Part shown: positions 14,896-23,600 of the stretch, in pieces
How positions within the stretch are numbered: position 1 is the first letter of the stretch
Layout of the letters: every line of letters begins with the position of its first letter
Assembly: GCA_934647945.1 (NCBI GenBank)
Contig: CAKUFK010000019.1
Span: 1-32,000 of the forward strand
Direction: 5' to 3'
From: an uncultured Eubacteriales bacterium
GTDB taxonomy: Bacteria > Bacillota > Clostridia > Oscillospirales > Acutalibacteraceae
DNA length: 32,000 bases
Position numbers and translations under genes: made by a program
The notes under the pieces: model-generated
Told to the model about the DNA's origin: nothing
Databases searched by the model: none
What the model saw: only the letters and a program-made list of their open reading frames with translations

Positions 14896-15954
14896 TTACC
14901 GGGTGGCCGGCAGACCCGCCGCCCCGGCCGTGTACCCGGCCCCGGCCAGCAGATCCCGCGCGTTCCGGTACAGGATATCCTCGATATCGCCGTCCGACAG
15001 CTTGAGGTCGAAGGCGCACCGCTTGAGCGCGCGCAACTCCTCGTAAATCATCAGGGTGATGTCGGTCTCGTCGGTCTGACGCATATGCGGATCGCCCGAC
15101 ACGTCGCCGTACAGGCCCCTGGGCACCACGTTGCGGTACACCCCGCCTTCCACCACCCGGTACATCCGCATGATGGCGATCGGCAAATCGGAACCGAACA
15201 GCAGCCGCTTCGTCCCTACCGCCCGGATACAGGCCTTGATCGCGTCGTCGCAGACGTTGGCCGTAAAATCGAAAAGCATATGCCGGGTATTCCGCAGCAC
15301 CTCGAATGCGTCTCCGATATCCTCCTTGGAATAGGCCCGGCCGATATGGGCGACGACCAGCCGGATATTCGGGTATTTCTGCTCGATCTCCATGAGCTGC
15401 GCAATGTTGAGCGCATCCCGCAGCCGCGCCGCCCGGGGGATATGCAGCATGACGATCCAGCCGTTCCTGTCTGCGGCTTCCAGATGCTCATGGGGCAGGA
15501 AATCGAAAATGCGGATCTCCTTTTCCGGAATATAGGGCGGGCAGTTGCTCAGGTAGGGTTTGAGCCCCAGAAAGCCGCCTTGCCGGACTTCCGATTCGAG
15601 AAAATCGGGCGGCATGTCGTATGTCGTGCGGAACAGGGTGGGAAAGCCATAGGCCTGCGCGGATTCCCGGACATAGGCGTTGCACTGCCCCACGTCGTGG
15701 GAAACGCCGCCGAAAACCAAGGGCGTGACGGCCTGGCCGGGAAAGAGGGCCCGGAAGCCGCCGGTCAGATCCTCCGCCGTCTGTTCGTCCGCGACCAGGT
15801 CGATCCAGGTGGATCCGCCGTTGGGCTCTCCCTGCGGCCGGAAGGTGTTTTTCCAGATATGGGTGTGGATATCGATCAGATTGTCCGGCAGAAACCCCCG
15901 CAGTTCCGTCTCGTACACGCGGCGGTCATAGTCGGTCAGATTCAGCTGAAACAT
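14896..15954 (-). CDS. Amidohydrolase_2 (metal-dependent TIM-barrel hydrolase/lactonase-type) family protein
   Basis: DIHTHIW near the N-terminus and LLFGSDLP near the C-terminus are the PF04909-type hallmarks. AAGGGGG RBS. Confidence 0.85.
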   Translation of the reverse strand: MFQLNLTDYDRRVYETELRGFLPDNLIDIHTHIWKNTFRPQGEPNGGSTWIDLVADEQTAEDLTGGFRALFPGQAVTPLVFGGVSHDVGQCNAYVRESAQAYGFPTLFRTTYDMPPDFLESEVRQGGFLGLKPYLSNCPPYIPEKEIRIFDFLPHEHLEAADRNGWIVMLHIPRAARLRDALNIAQLMEIEQKYPNIRLVVAHIGRAYSKEDIGDAFEVLRNTRHMLFDFTANVCDDAIKACIRAVGTKRLLFGSDLPIAIMRMYRVVEGGVYRNVVPRGLYGDVSGDPHMRQTDETDITLMIYEELRALKRCAFDLKLSDGDIEDILYRNARDLLAGAGYTAGAAGLPATR

Positions 15955-15966
15955 GGCATGACCCCC

Positions 15967-17322
15967 TTAGTCCTCCCGCAGCGCGGCAAATGCCGCGGCC
16001 TCGTCCCTATACAGCCCGGCCGCGATGCCCGCGACCATCGCGGCGCCCATCGCTCCGGCGTATGATCCGTGCATGACCCGGACCGCCAGCCCTGTCATCT
16101 CCCCGATCACCCGGACCCAGAGCGGGTTTTCCGATGGGCCGCCCACCATGACGGCCGATCTGGCGGAGATGCCGTTTGCCTCCAGCTCCCGGAGTTTATC
16201 CCGGAGCAGGCGCACCGTCCCCTCCATGATAGCCCGGGCAATATCCGGCTTGGCAAAGCCGCGGACGGTTCCGTCGTCGGGCTCCTCCAGGGGGTCGAGC
16301 ACCAATCCCCCCGCGCCCGGCCCGCTCCGGGCAGCCTCGGCGGCAAACGCCCGGAACCGGCCGTCGGAATCGTCGATATACCGGCGGATATACCGCTCGA
16401 TCCGCGGTGAAATGGACGGGATCGAAACCATCCCGGCCCAGCAGCCCTCCGGGGACAGGAAGGGGTCCACGATCATGCGGTTGGCGATCCCCTTTTGCCG
16501 GTCCCTCAGGGGAAAGAATCCGACCCAGGATGTGCCGCAGGAAAGGAGCATCTGCCCCTCTTGCAGCACACCGGCGCCTCTGGCGGCGCTGGGATGGTCG
16601 AACGTCCCGAGCAGAACGGGCACACCCTCCGGCAGCCCGCTCCGCGCGGCGCCTTCCTTTGTGACCGCTCCCACCGCATCGCCCGCCCTGCCGACCGGCG
16701 GAAGCTGCTCCTCCCCAATCCCGAAAAGGCCGAGCAGCTCGCGGTTGTATTCACCGGTGCGCTGGTCGAGCAGATAGAAGGGGGAGCCGGCCGAGGTGCT
16801 GACCCCCCACCGGCCGGTCAGGCGGTAGACGAGGTATTCGGTGCTCATGCACACCTTGGAGGCGTGTTCCAGGAGCTCCGGACGATGACACTTGATCCAG
16901 CACAGCATGGCCAGCGGGAAGGTCTTGTAATCGAAAGGCCAGCCGGTCTGCCCGTACAGCGCGCCGGCGTCGATCCGGCCGAGAACGGTTCTCGCTTCTT
17001 CTCCCACCCGGCTGTCCTGCCAGTTGAAAATGGGGGTGGAGGGGCGGCCCGCCTCGTCCAGAAGCAGCAGGTTGCCGCTGGCCGACGCAGCCGATATCCC
17101 CCGCAGGGCGCCGTGTTCGGGCAGGGCCGACGCCAGTCTCCGCAGCACCGAGAAACAGGCGTCCAAATACGCTTCCGCGTCGATCTCGATCCCGCCGTCC
17201 TCCCGATAGGTATAGACAAATTCGGCTTTTCCCGTCGTTTTTTCCGTGCCGTCCTCCGCGACGAGGACGCCCTTGACCGACGAGGTGCCGATATCCAGGC
17301 CGATGATGTAATTCAAAGCCAC
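15967..17322 (-). CDS. FGGY-family carbohydrate kinase
   Basis: GTG start. ALNYIIGLDIGTSSVKGVLV, GTFDHPSAARGAG and VMVGGPSENPLW are FGGY N- and C-domain motifs. Confidence 0.9.
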   Translation of the reverse strand: MALNYIIGLDIGTSSVKGVLVAEDGTEKTTGKAEFVYTYREDGGIEIDAEAYLDACFSVLRRLASALPEHGALRGISAASASGNLLLLDEAGRPSTPIFNWQDSRVGEEARTVLGRIDAGALYGQTGWPFDYKTFPLAMLCWIKCHRPELLEHASKVCMSTEYLVYRLTGRWGVSTSAGSPFYLLDQRTGEYNRELLGLFGIGEEQLPPVGRAGDAVGAVTKEGAARSGLPEGVPVLLGTFDHPSAARGAGVLQEGQMLLSCGTSWVGFFPLRDRQKGIANRMIVDPFLSPEGCWAGMVSIPSISPRIERYIRRYIDDSDGRFRAFAAEAARSGPGAGGLVLDPLEEPDDGTVRGFAKPDIARAIMEGTVRLLRDKLRELEANGISARSAVMVGGPSENPLWVRVIGEMTGLAVRVMHGSYAGAMGAAMVAGIAAGLYRDEAAAFAALRED

Positions 17323-17336
17323 GCACCCTTTATCCG

Positions 17337-18722
17337 TTATTTGCCGCCGATCACGGCAGTTTCCAGCCCCAGCCGCCGGCCGAAATACACGATTTCATCC
17401 GCCGTGGCACCATAGACGAAGGCGCTGTGATGCGTCGCACCGTTCCGGCTGAGCTCCTCCAGGAACCGCGCGGTGGTGCAGCGCGGCCGCATCCAGCCGC
17501 GCATGGTACGCCCGAAGGTATCCTCGTCCACCGACAGCATCTCAGCCGGCGCCGCCACCAGTTTGTAGTCGTCCCGGCCGCGGCAGACGTTCACATACAC
17601 ACCGGCACCGCCCTTCATGCGGGCGTACCCCACATAGGGAAACCCACCCGGCGTATAATTCACACCCGCCCGGCAAACGCAGGGCTTGGTGTCCGCAATG
17701 CGGTAGTTGATCTCTCCCATGTGGCTGAGGAAGAGGGTGCCGTTCTTCCAGTCGGGGCAGAAGATCTCGACAAAGGTGGTATCGGGATATCCCCGCATCA
17801 GCGCCCCGACGAACGCGGCGGTGAGCGCGTCCCCCTCCCCCGCATAGCCGATGCCGCGTCCCATGGCTTTGCAGCATTCCAGAAACGGCATGGATTCCAA
17901 CCCGGAATCGCCGCCGATGCAGGTGAAATTGACCGAGAAGGAGGACAAGCGGTCCTCCTCCAGGCAGCGGCGCAGGGTCAGGCAGGAGCGGACGGCCGCC
18001 CGGTATTCGTCCGGGTCGACGCCACCGGCAAAATCGAACGCCTCCGCGTTCGCGGACATTTCGGCGTCGATCTCCGCCTCACTGACGGCGGCGTTCCACC
18101 CTCTCATCCGTTCGGCCTTCTGCTCGACCACCTCGACCCCGAACCGCTCCTTCAGTTCCTCATAAGGGACCCGGAAGTCCCCCATGCCGTCGAACGCCCC
18201 GCCGACCAGCCCGACCCTGGCCCCGCGGAGGGCCCCGGCGGCCTTCGCCGCCCGCACATAGCCGCACACGCGGTCGAGGACGTCAGAATCCCGGTAATGC
18301 CCAGCCGCGACGGCATAGTCCTTGCCCTCTCTGGTGAGCATACTGCACATGTCCATGACGCCGTGGATGCCGTGGTTGTAATCGATCTCCACGGGATCCT
18401 GCCCATTCGTAAATTCCAGGGTTTCGGTGGTGTCCAGCACGACGATGGGGAGTGCGGTCCCCGCCAGCACGTCGATGGACTCGAGGGAGGGTGAATAGGC
18501 CATGTGCAGGGTGACCAGGGCGTCCACACCGGCGGCTTCGAATTTCCCGACCGCTTGTTCGAATTCGGGTTTCAGGCGGCAGAAGGGGGACGTTTCCACC
18601 TCCACGCCCCGTTTGGAAAATTCCTGAGCGATCTCCTGATAAAAAGCCTCCAGGCGTGGCCGCATGGACGGCGAGGTCCGGTCATACAGCGCGATATACA
18701 GCGGCAGCAAACCGATTTTCAT
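17337..18722 (-). CDS. L-fucose/L-arabinose isomerase family protein
   Basis: Internal ATG at 18722 (MKIGLLPLYIALYD...). At 461 aa, the size and N-terminal pattern fit the COG2407-type isomerases. The upstream 61 codons of the ORF track run across an intergenic hairpin. Confidence 0.8.
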   Translation of the reverse strand: MKIGLLPLYIALYDRTSPSMRPRLEAFYQEIAQEFSKRGVEVETSPFCRLKPEFEQAVGKFEAAGVDALVTLHMAYSPSLESIDVLAGTALPIVVLDTTETLEFTNGQDPVEIDYNHGIHGVMDMCSMLTREGKDYAVAAGHYRDSDVLDRVCGYVRAAKAAGALRGARVGLVGGAFDGMGDFRVPYEELKERFGVEVVEQKAERMRGWNAAVSEAEIDAEMSANAEAFDFAGGVDPDEYRAAVRSCLTLRRCLEEDRLSSFSVNFTCIGGDSGLESMPFLECCKAMGRGIGYAGEGDALTAAFVGALMRGYPDTTFVEIFCPDWKNGTLFLSHMGEINYRIADTKPCVCRAGVNYTPGGFPYVGYARMKGGAGVYVNVCRGRDDYKLVAAPAEMLSVDEDTFGRTMRGWMRPRCTTARFLEELSRNGATHHSAFVYGATADEIVYFGRRLGLETAVIGGK

Positions 18723-18780
18723 ATGGCAATCCCTGTCCTTTCCGGGATCCACACCCGGTAAAGGGTATAAATCCGCTGTG

Positions 18781-18817
18781 AAAAAAGGGCGGTTTCGGAC
18801 CGGCGCCGCCCGCCCTT
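18781..18817 (-). terminator. Possible internal terminator or attenuator between YjbQ-like gene 2 and the isomerase
   Basis: Minus strand AAGGGCGG, a 17-nt loop, then CCGCCCTTTTTT. An alternative GGCGCCGCC/GGCGGCGCC stem overlaps it. Confidence 0.4.
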
Positions 18818-18867
18818 GTCCGGCGGCGCCGTCATTCCCGTTCCCTGTTCCAGGGCCCGGCGGCCTG

Positions 18868-19362
18868 TTATTCTCCAATAACCATGACCTGCACCGTGCG
18901 TTCACGGGCCCGGGTCTGGTCGAAATCGATGAAATAGATGAAGCCGAATTCCCCGAGGTCGAGGCTGCCGCCGTCGATCACGATGGTTTCGCTGCGGCCC
19001 ACGATGGAGGAGCGCAGATGGGCGTCGGTGTTGTGGCAGCCCCTCGCGTCCTCACCGTGTTCCTCCGCGAACTTCAGGGCCTTGGGGCCGGGATGGAGAT
19101 ACTGCCCCTCCCGCCGGCAGGTGGGGACGATGGCCTCGAACACATCCACGAGATCCTGCTGGAGGGTTTCCAGCCCCGTCATGGACATGTCGAAGGCGCA
19201 TTCCTGGGTGATGACACAGCAGGTAGTGTGGTGGGAATACACCACCGCGATCCCATTCTTCACTCCCGAGCGTTCCACGATGTCCCGCGCCTGCCCGGTC
19301 ACATTATGGAAGGTGCAGGCCTTGTCGTTCGACCGCACCTTGAAGGATTCCTTATATACCAT
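18868..19362 (-). CDS. YjbQ/UPF0047-family protein (164 aa)
   Basis: VVYSHHTTCCVITQEC, HNTDAHLRSSIVGRSETIVI and GEFGFIYFIDFD match the family pattern H-T-T-x...N-x-x-A/G-H-L. AGGAGG RBS. Confidence 0.8.
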   Translation of the reverse strand: MVYKESFKVRSNDKACTFHNVTGQARDIVERSGVKNGIAVVYSHHTTCCVITQECAFDMSMTGLETLQQDLVDVFEAIVPTCRREGQYLHPGPKALKFAEEHGEDARGCHNTDAHLRSSIVGRSETIVIDGGSLDLGEFGFIYFIDFDQTRARERTVQVMVIGE

Positions 19363-19369
19363 CCCGTCC

Positions 19370-20077
19370 TTACCTCCTGTTTTTCAGGTCGTCGGCGGCA
19401 CGCCGTGTCGCCGCGATCATCTCGTCGATCATGGCGAGAGGATCCTTCGCGTTGACGATACCGGAAGCGGCGCCGGCGGCCTCGGAACCCGCCATGATAA
19501 AATCGTATACCTGCTGCCCGTTCGTGATCCCCGCGGCCTGCTCGACCAGGATGTCGGGATAGATGGATTTGATGGCCTGGATGGATTCCCGGACAAAATC
19601 CATGCTGCTGACGCCGCTCCCGGCCCCGCCGATCAGCTCGGAAGGCTCGGGATTGAGGATATCGGGATGGAGCTGAGCGACCGCCTTGGCCTCCGCGATG
19701 GTGTCGGCACAGGCAAACACCAGCATATCCAGCTCATGGGCACGCTGGATGGTTTCCTTGATCGCGGGCAGGGACATCGGCTTCTCGCAGTGGTTGACCA
19801 CCACCCCCGCCGCCCCCGCGGCCTTGAGGGCTTCCGGCAGGATGTCGGCCATCCCCCGGCCCGGCCGGAGGGTGTCCATATAGGGGGCCAGCACGATGAG
19901 ATGCTTCGTCTGTTCCACCACCCGGCGGATCTCCACGGCCGGAGTGATGAATAAGACGTCGATGTCATATTTCTCCGCCGCGGCGTCGGCGGCCAAGGCG
20001 TATTCCAGCACCGTGTCGCCGTATATGTAATTCTTGGTCCCGATTTCAAAATACGGGGTCCGGATCTGCCGTTTCAT
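19370..20077 (-). CDS. Triose-phosphate-isomerase-family paralogue (archaeal-type, 235 aa)
   Basis: EIGTKNYIYG, VVVNHCEKP and LNPEPSELIGG correspond to the TIM Lys/His/Glu catalytic regions (NxK, NHSE, EPPELIG). Confidence 0.75.
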   Translation of the reverse strand: MKRQIRTPYFEIGTKNYIYGDTVLEYALAADAAAEKYDIDVLFITPAVEIRRVVEQTKHLIVLAPYMDTLRPGRGMADILPEALKAAGAAGVVVNHCEKPMSLPAIKETIQRAHELDMLVFACADTIAEAKAVAQLHPDILNPEPSELIGGAGSGVSSMDFVRESIQAIKSIYPDILVEQAAGITNGQQVYDFIMAGSEAAGAASGIVNAKDPLAMIDEMIAATRRAADDLKNRR

Positions 20078-20086
20078 GCTCCACCC

Positions 20087-20707
20087 CTATCTTTCCTGCT
20101 GGAAGGTAAACCGCGGGTCGTACGCCGTTTCCTCATCGGTGAATTTGCGCAGGGTGTCGATGGTCTCTCCGCCGTTCCATGTCCGGTCCCCTACGTCCTC
20201 CGTGGTGCCCATGACGGTGACGTTGAGCTGGCGGTGCCGGGCCCGAACATGATCCCAGTCGATGAAATAGACGTGGGCGAACTCGCCGCCGTCCAGCGCC
20301 CCGTCCTTGATGGTCATGGTCTCGCTCCGGCCGAAGAACACGCTGCGCAGATGCCCGTCGGTGTTCATGCTGGTATAATTGCCGGGCTCCCCGACATACC
20401 GGCCGAACTGCGCGTGCAGCGGGCCGGGGTGGCGGTATTGGTTCTCCTCGGTATAATCGGGGATCAACCCCCGCATGATATCGAGCAGGTCGTGCTGGAG
20501 GTATTCCAGATCGAAGGAATCCAGGTCATGGGAACACTCCTGGATCATGACCGAGCAGGTCGTATGGTGAGACGCGATGCAGCAGGTGCCGTTTTTGACG
20601 CCGGACGCCCGCACGATCTCCAGCACCTCCCGGGTCACGTCGTGGAAGGTGGGGATCCAGCCCCGTGACTGCAGCTCCAGCTCCTTTTGAACCACTTTGA
20701 ATTCCAT
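20087..20707 (-). CDS. YjbQ/UPF0047-family protein (about 206 aa, with a C-terminal extension)
   Basis: CIASHHTTCSVMIQEC, MNTDGHLRSVFFGRSETMTI and GEFAHVYFIDWD. I prefer ATG 20707 (9 nt after GAAAGG) over ATG 20716. Confidence 0.8.
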   Translation of the reverse strand: MEFKVVQKELELQSRGWIPTFHDVTREVLEIVRASGVKNGTCCIASHHTTCSVMIQECSHDLDSFDLEYLQHDLLDIMRGLIPDYTEENQYRHPGPLHAQFGRYVGEPGNYTSMNTDGHLRSVFFGRSETMTIKDGALDGGEFAHVYFIDWDHVRARHRQLNVTVMGTTEDVGDRTWNGGETIDTLRKFTDEETAYDPRFTFQQER

Positions 20708-20767
20708 GCTTCTCATCCTTTCTGTATACGGGACATCCGCCGGCCTTTGCCGGCAAAGCCGTCGGAA

Positions 20768-21412
20768 TTATGGGGTGCCGGCCGGCCGCGCGTGCTGCTC
20801 ATTGAGCCGCTCCCCGACCGCGCCGCCGGGATGGATCAGGGCGAACTGCTCATTTTGATAGCCGGTCTCCTCGATGAGCGCGGTCGCTAAGGTGTGGAAC
20901 AGCACGCACAGCGCCGTCGACGACGTGGTTCCCTGGCTGTTGTACTTGTCGGTTTCCCGGTTGACATATTGCTTGAGCGCCACGTCGGCCTCCATGGCCA
21001 GCGTGGAGTCCATATTTTCGGTGATGGTCAGCACCGACACGCCCTTGGCCTTGCAGATCCCTAGGACCGGCAGCAGCTCCTTGGTCCGGCCGCCTCTCGA
21101 CGCAAAAACCATGACGTCGCCTTTTTGCAGGAACCCAGTGGCGCCGTGGACCGCCTCCGCCGGGGAGATAAAGCGCGCCGGGCGTTCGATGCAGCAGAGC
21201 AGATGGGCGAAATGCTGGCACAGGATCCCCGAATGCCCGCAGCCGATGGTGCCGATCCGCGGGGCGTTTTGCAGGAGGGTCACCGCCTGCCGAAACGCTG
21301 TCTCGTCAAAATAATCGAGCATGGTTTCGATGCATTCGCTCTCGATTTTGTACACGGCCTTGGCCTGCCGGATCGCTTCCTCTTTGATAACGCACCCCTC
21401 CCCCTCGTTCAG
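20768..21412 (-). CDS. SIS-domain sugar-phosphate isomerase/binding protein
   Basis: RIGTIGCGHSGILCQHFAHLL, VFASRGGRTKELL and VLTITEN are SIS motifs. There is no in-frame ATG/GTG/TTG upstream of the conserved N-terminal helix, so the start is unresolved: CTG at 21412, or ATC at 21388 after GGGGGAGGGG. Confidence 0.7.
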   Translation of the reverse strand: MNEGEGCVIKEEAIRQAKAVYKIESECIETMLDYFDETAFRQAVTLLQNAPRIGTIGCGHSGILCQHFAHLLCCIERPARFISPAEAVHGATGFLQKGDVMVFASRGGRTKELLPVLGICKAKGVSVLTITENMDSTLAMEADVALKQYVNRETDKYNSQGTTSSTALCVLFHTLATALIEETGYQNEQFALIHPGGAVGERLNEQHARPAGTP

Positions 21413-22089
21413 AAATCCAGGATCGTCCGGCCGCCGTAGACGCCGGCCCAGTCCCGGTCGAACCCCGTCACCGCCGCGTCGGTCATCGGATGGCTGATCA
21501 CGGCTTTCAGGATATCCGCGGACACCGTCACGCTCTGGCATCCGGCCATGGCGCACCGATGGACCTGCTCCGCGTTCTTGAAGCTGGCCGCGAGGACGCG
21601 GCAGTCCATCCCATACAGCCGGAACTGCCCGGCGATCTCCCCGACCACGCGGGCGCCGTCCCCCAGGATATTATCCAATCGGTTGACGTACGGTGCGACG
21701 AACGATGCGCCCGCTTTCGCGGCGATGAGGGCCTGTGCCGGGGTGAAGATGGCCGTCATCGTCACCCCGATGCCTCGTTTTTTCAGCTCCATCGTGGCCT
21801 TGAGCCCTTCTTCGCCGATAGGAATCTTGATATACAGCTCGCCGCCGATCCGGGCTTTGAGCAGCTCTGCCTCTTCCACCATCTTCTCCGCCGTTTTCTG
21901 CACGGTCTGCACGTGCAGCATCTTGCCGCCACCGATAACGGCGCGGATCTCCCCCACCAGCCGCCAGAAATCCGTCTTTTCCTTGGCGATAATCGACGGA
22001 TTGGTCGTCACACCCGCCAGCGGGTAGAATTCGTTGCAGTGCCGGATAGCCTCCAGATCGGCCGTATCCAGTATGTACAGCATGCTCAT
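21409..22089 (-). CDS. Fructose-6-phosphate aldolase / TalC-type transaldolase family protein
   Basis: YILDTADLEAIRHCNEFYPLAGVTTNPSII, YIKIP (Schiff-base Lys region), FVAPYVNRLD and VLAASFKN align by eye with E. coli FsaA. AAAGGAGG RBS. Confidence 0.9.
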   Translation of the reverse strand: MSMLYILDTADLEAIRHCNEFYPLAGVTTNPSIIAKEKTDFWRLVGEIRAVIGGGKMLHVQTVQKTAEKMVEEAELLKARIGGELYIKIPIGEEGLKATMELKKRGIGVTMTAIFTPAQALIAAKAGASFVAPYVNRLDNILGDGARVVGEIAGQFRLYGMDCRVLAASFKNAEQVHRCAMAGCQSVTVSADILKAVISHPMTDAAVTGFDRDWAGVYGGRTILDF

Positions 22090-22119
22090 TTCCTCCTTTA
22101 TTTTGATCGGATGTCCTGT

Positions 22120-23385
22120 TTACAGCGGGGCCGCGTCGGGCTCCGTCCGTCTTCCCCCCTCGTCCCACAGGTTCCGCATATTCCGATAGACCACGCCCGG
22201 GATGTCCGGGTTCCCTTTGGAAAAGGACGGGATCCATTGATCCCCCGCCGTCTTCGGGTCGGTGCACATGGTGTCGTGCCGGTAACGCTCCCGCGCCGCC
22301 CGGTCACGCAGATTTGGGATCTCCATCGGGATGCCGCCCCTAAGGACCGAGCGGTAGGCGAAGAGCCCGGGCAAAAACATATCCAGCGCTTCATAGATGC
22401 CGATGACGTCCGCATCCCGGCTCCCGCGTATTTTTTTCACAAAGTGGTGCATGGCGTAGTAATCCGAGCCCTCGTGCCCGAAGTCCCCGGCCTTCCCCCG
22501 CAGGCCGTCGGTCAGGATGCGGGCCTTCGGCCGGACGGGGGCGTATTCCCCGGAATAGCGGTCGGCGCCGACATACAGGGTCGACACCCCGCCGCCGGCA
22601 TCGGCGCGCCCGCTCTCCATCCGTCCCTTCGAACCATACAGGCAATACCACACCGAGTCGCGGTACAGGTCACCGTGCAAGCTCTTGAGGAGCCCGCCGT
22701 TATCCAGCTCGATCAACTCCATGCCGAAGCTGCCGCCCTTGGCTCCGCAGCGCACCTTCCGCTCGGTTTTCGTCCCCTCGAACCCTGTGACCCGGACCGG
22801 GCGCAGGCCGGTGATGTGGAGGAGGGGGCCGATGGAATGGGTGCAGTAGAAGGTGGCATACATGCCGTTGCGCCAATGGTCCGGATCCCCGCCGGTGAGC
22901 ACCGGCCAGATCGGCTCGCAGTTGTGGACGTACTCGCCCTCGCCGTATTCGAACTCCCCGATCACGCCCTCCCGGTACAGCCGCCTCATCTCCCTGGGTG
23001 CCGGCATGTAGCAGTAGTTTTCGCCGTATGCGTAGACCCGGCCGGTCCGTTCCACCGCCTCGACAAGCTCGACTGCCTCCCGCATGGTCTGTGCCGGCAG
23101 CACCTCACTGAACACATGAAACCCGGCTTCCAGGCAGCGGATCGCAAACGGGGCGTGCTCGGTGGCATAATTTGCGAGGACCACGGCGTCCATATCCTGC
23201 TCCAGGAACGCCTCGAAGGAGGATAGGCAGGGAACCTCCTCCCCCACCCCTTCCTGAAGGCTGCGGAGGATCCGCTCGTCTTTGTCGCACACCGCCGCGA
23301 GCTGCGTGTACTCGCTTTCCCGGCAAAAACGGATCATGCTCCGTCCCCGCCGTCCGCCCAGCACCCCGATCCGGATTGTTTTCAT
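22120..23385 (-). CDS. Gfo/Idh/MocA-family oxidoreductase (long form)
   Basis: MKTIRIGVLGGRRGRSM is a Rossmann N-terminus. ATG at 23385 follows GAGGTAAGG. The TTG and GTG codons immediately upstream are less likely starts. Confidence 0.85.
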   Translation of the reverse strand: MKTIRIGVLGGRRGRSMIRFCRESEYTQLAAVCDKDERILRSLQEGVGEEVPCLSSFEAFLEQDMDAVVLANYATEHAPFAIRCLEAGFHVFSEVLPAQTMREAVELVEAVERTGRVYAYGENYCYMPAPREMRRLYREGVIGEFEYGEGEYVHNCEPIWPVLTGGDPDHWRNGMYATFYCTHSIGPLLHITGLRPVRVTGFEGTKTERKVRCGAKGGSFGMELIELDNGGLLKSLHGDLYRDSVWYCLYGSKGRMESGRADAGGGVSTLYVGADRYSGEYAPVRPKARILTDGLRGKAGDFGHEGSDYYAMHHFVKKIRGSRDADVIGIYEALDMFLPGLFAYRSVLRGGIPMEIPNLRDRAARERYRHDTMCTDPKTAGDQWIPSFSKGNPDIPGVVYRNMRNLWDEGGRRTEPDAAPL

Positions 23386-23433
23386 CACCAACGCCTTACC
23401 TCAGCCCATTTTTATAGTAGTCTCTCCAGCTTC

Positions 23434-23462
23434 ATTATACGGCCCCCTTTTCCGCTCGTAAA
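23434..23462 (-). promoter_or_regulatory. Promoter of the carbohydrate locus
   Basis: Minus strand TTTACG (23462-23457), a 17-nt spacer, then TATAAT (23439-23434), about 45 nt upstream of the oxidoreductase start. Confidence 0.55.
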
Positions 23463-23505
23463 TGGAATTCATCCACCTTTATATGGTCAAAATCCACTAT
23501 TCCAA

Positions 23506-23534
23506 TTGACACACCTCTCCGGCGGCGTTATAAT
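23506..23534 (+). promoter_or_regulatory. Consensus sigma-70 promoter facing araC
   Basis: TTGACA (23506-23511), an exactly 17-nt spacer, then TATAAT (23529-23534). Confidence 0.65.
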
Positions 23535-23600
23535 AAACGGAGATGGAACGTGTATCCGGCCCGAATGGGAAAAGCGGCGGGCCTCTGGCGGCACACAGAA

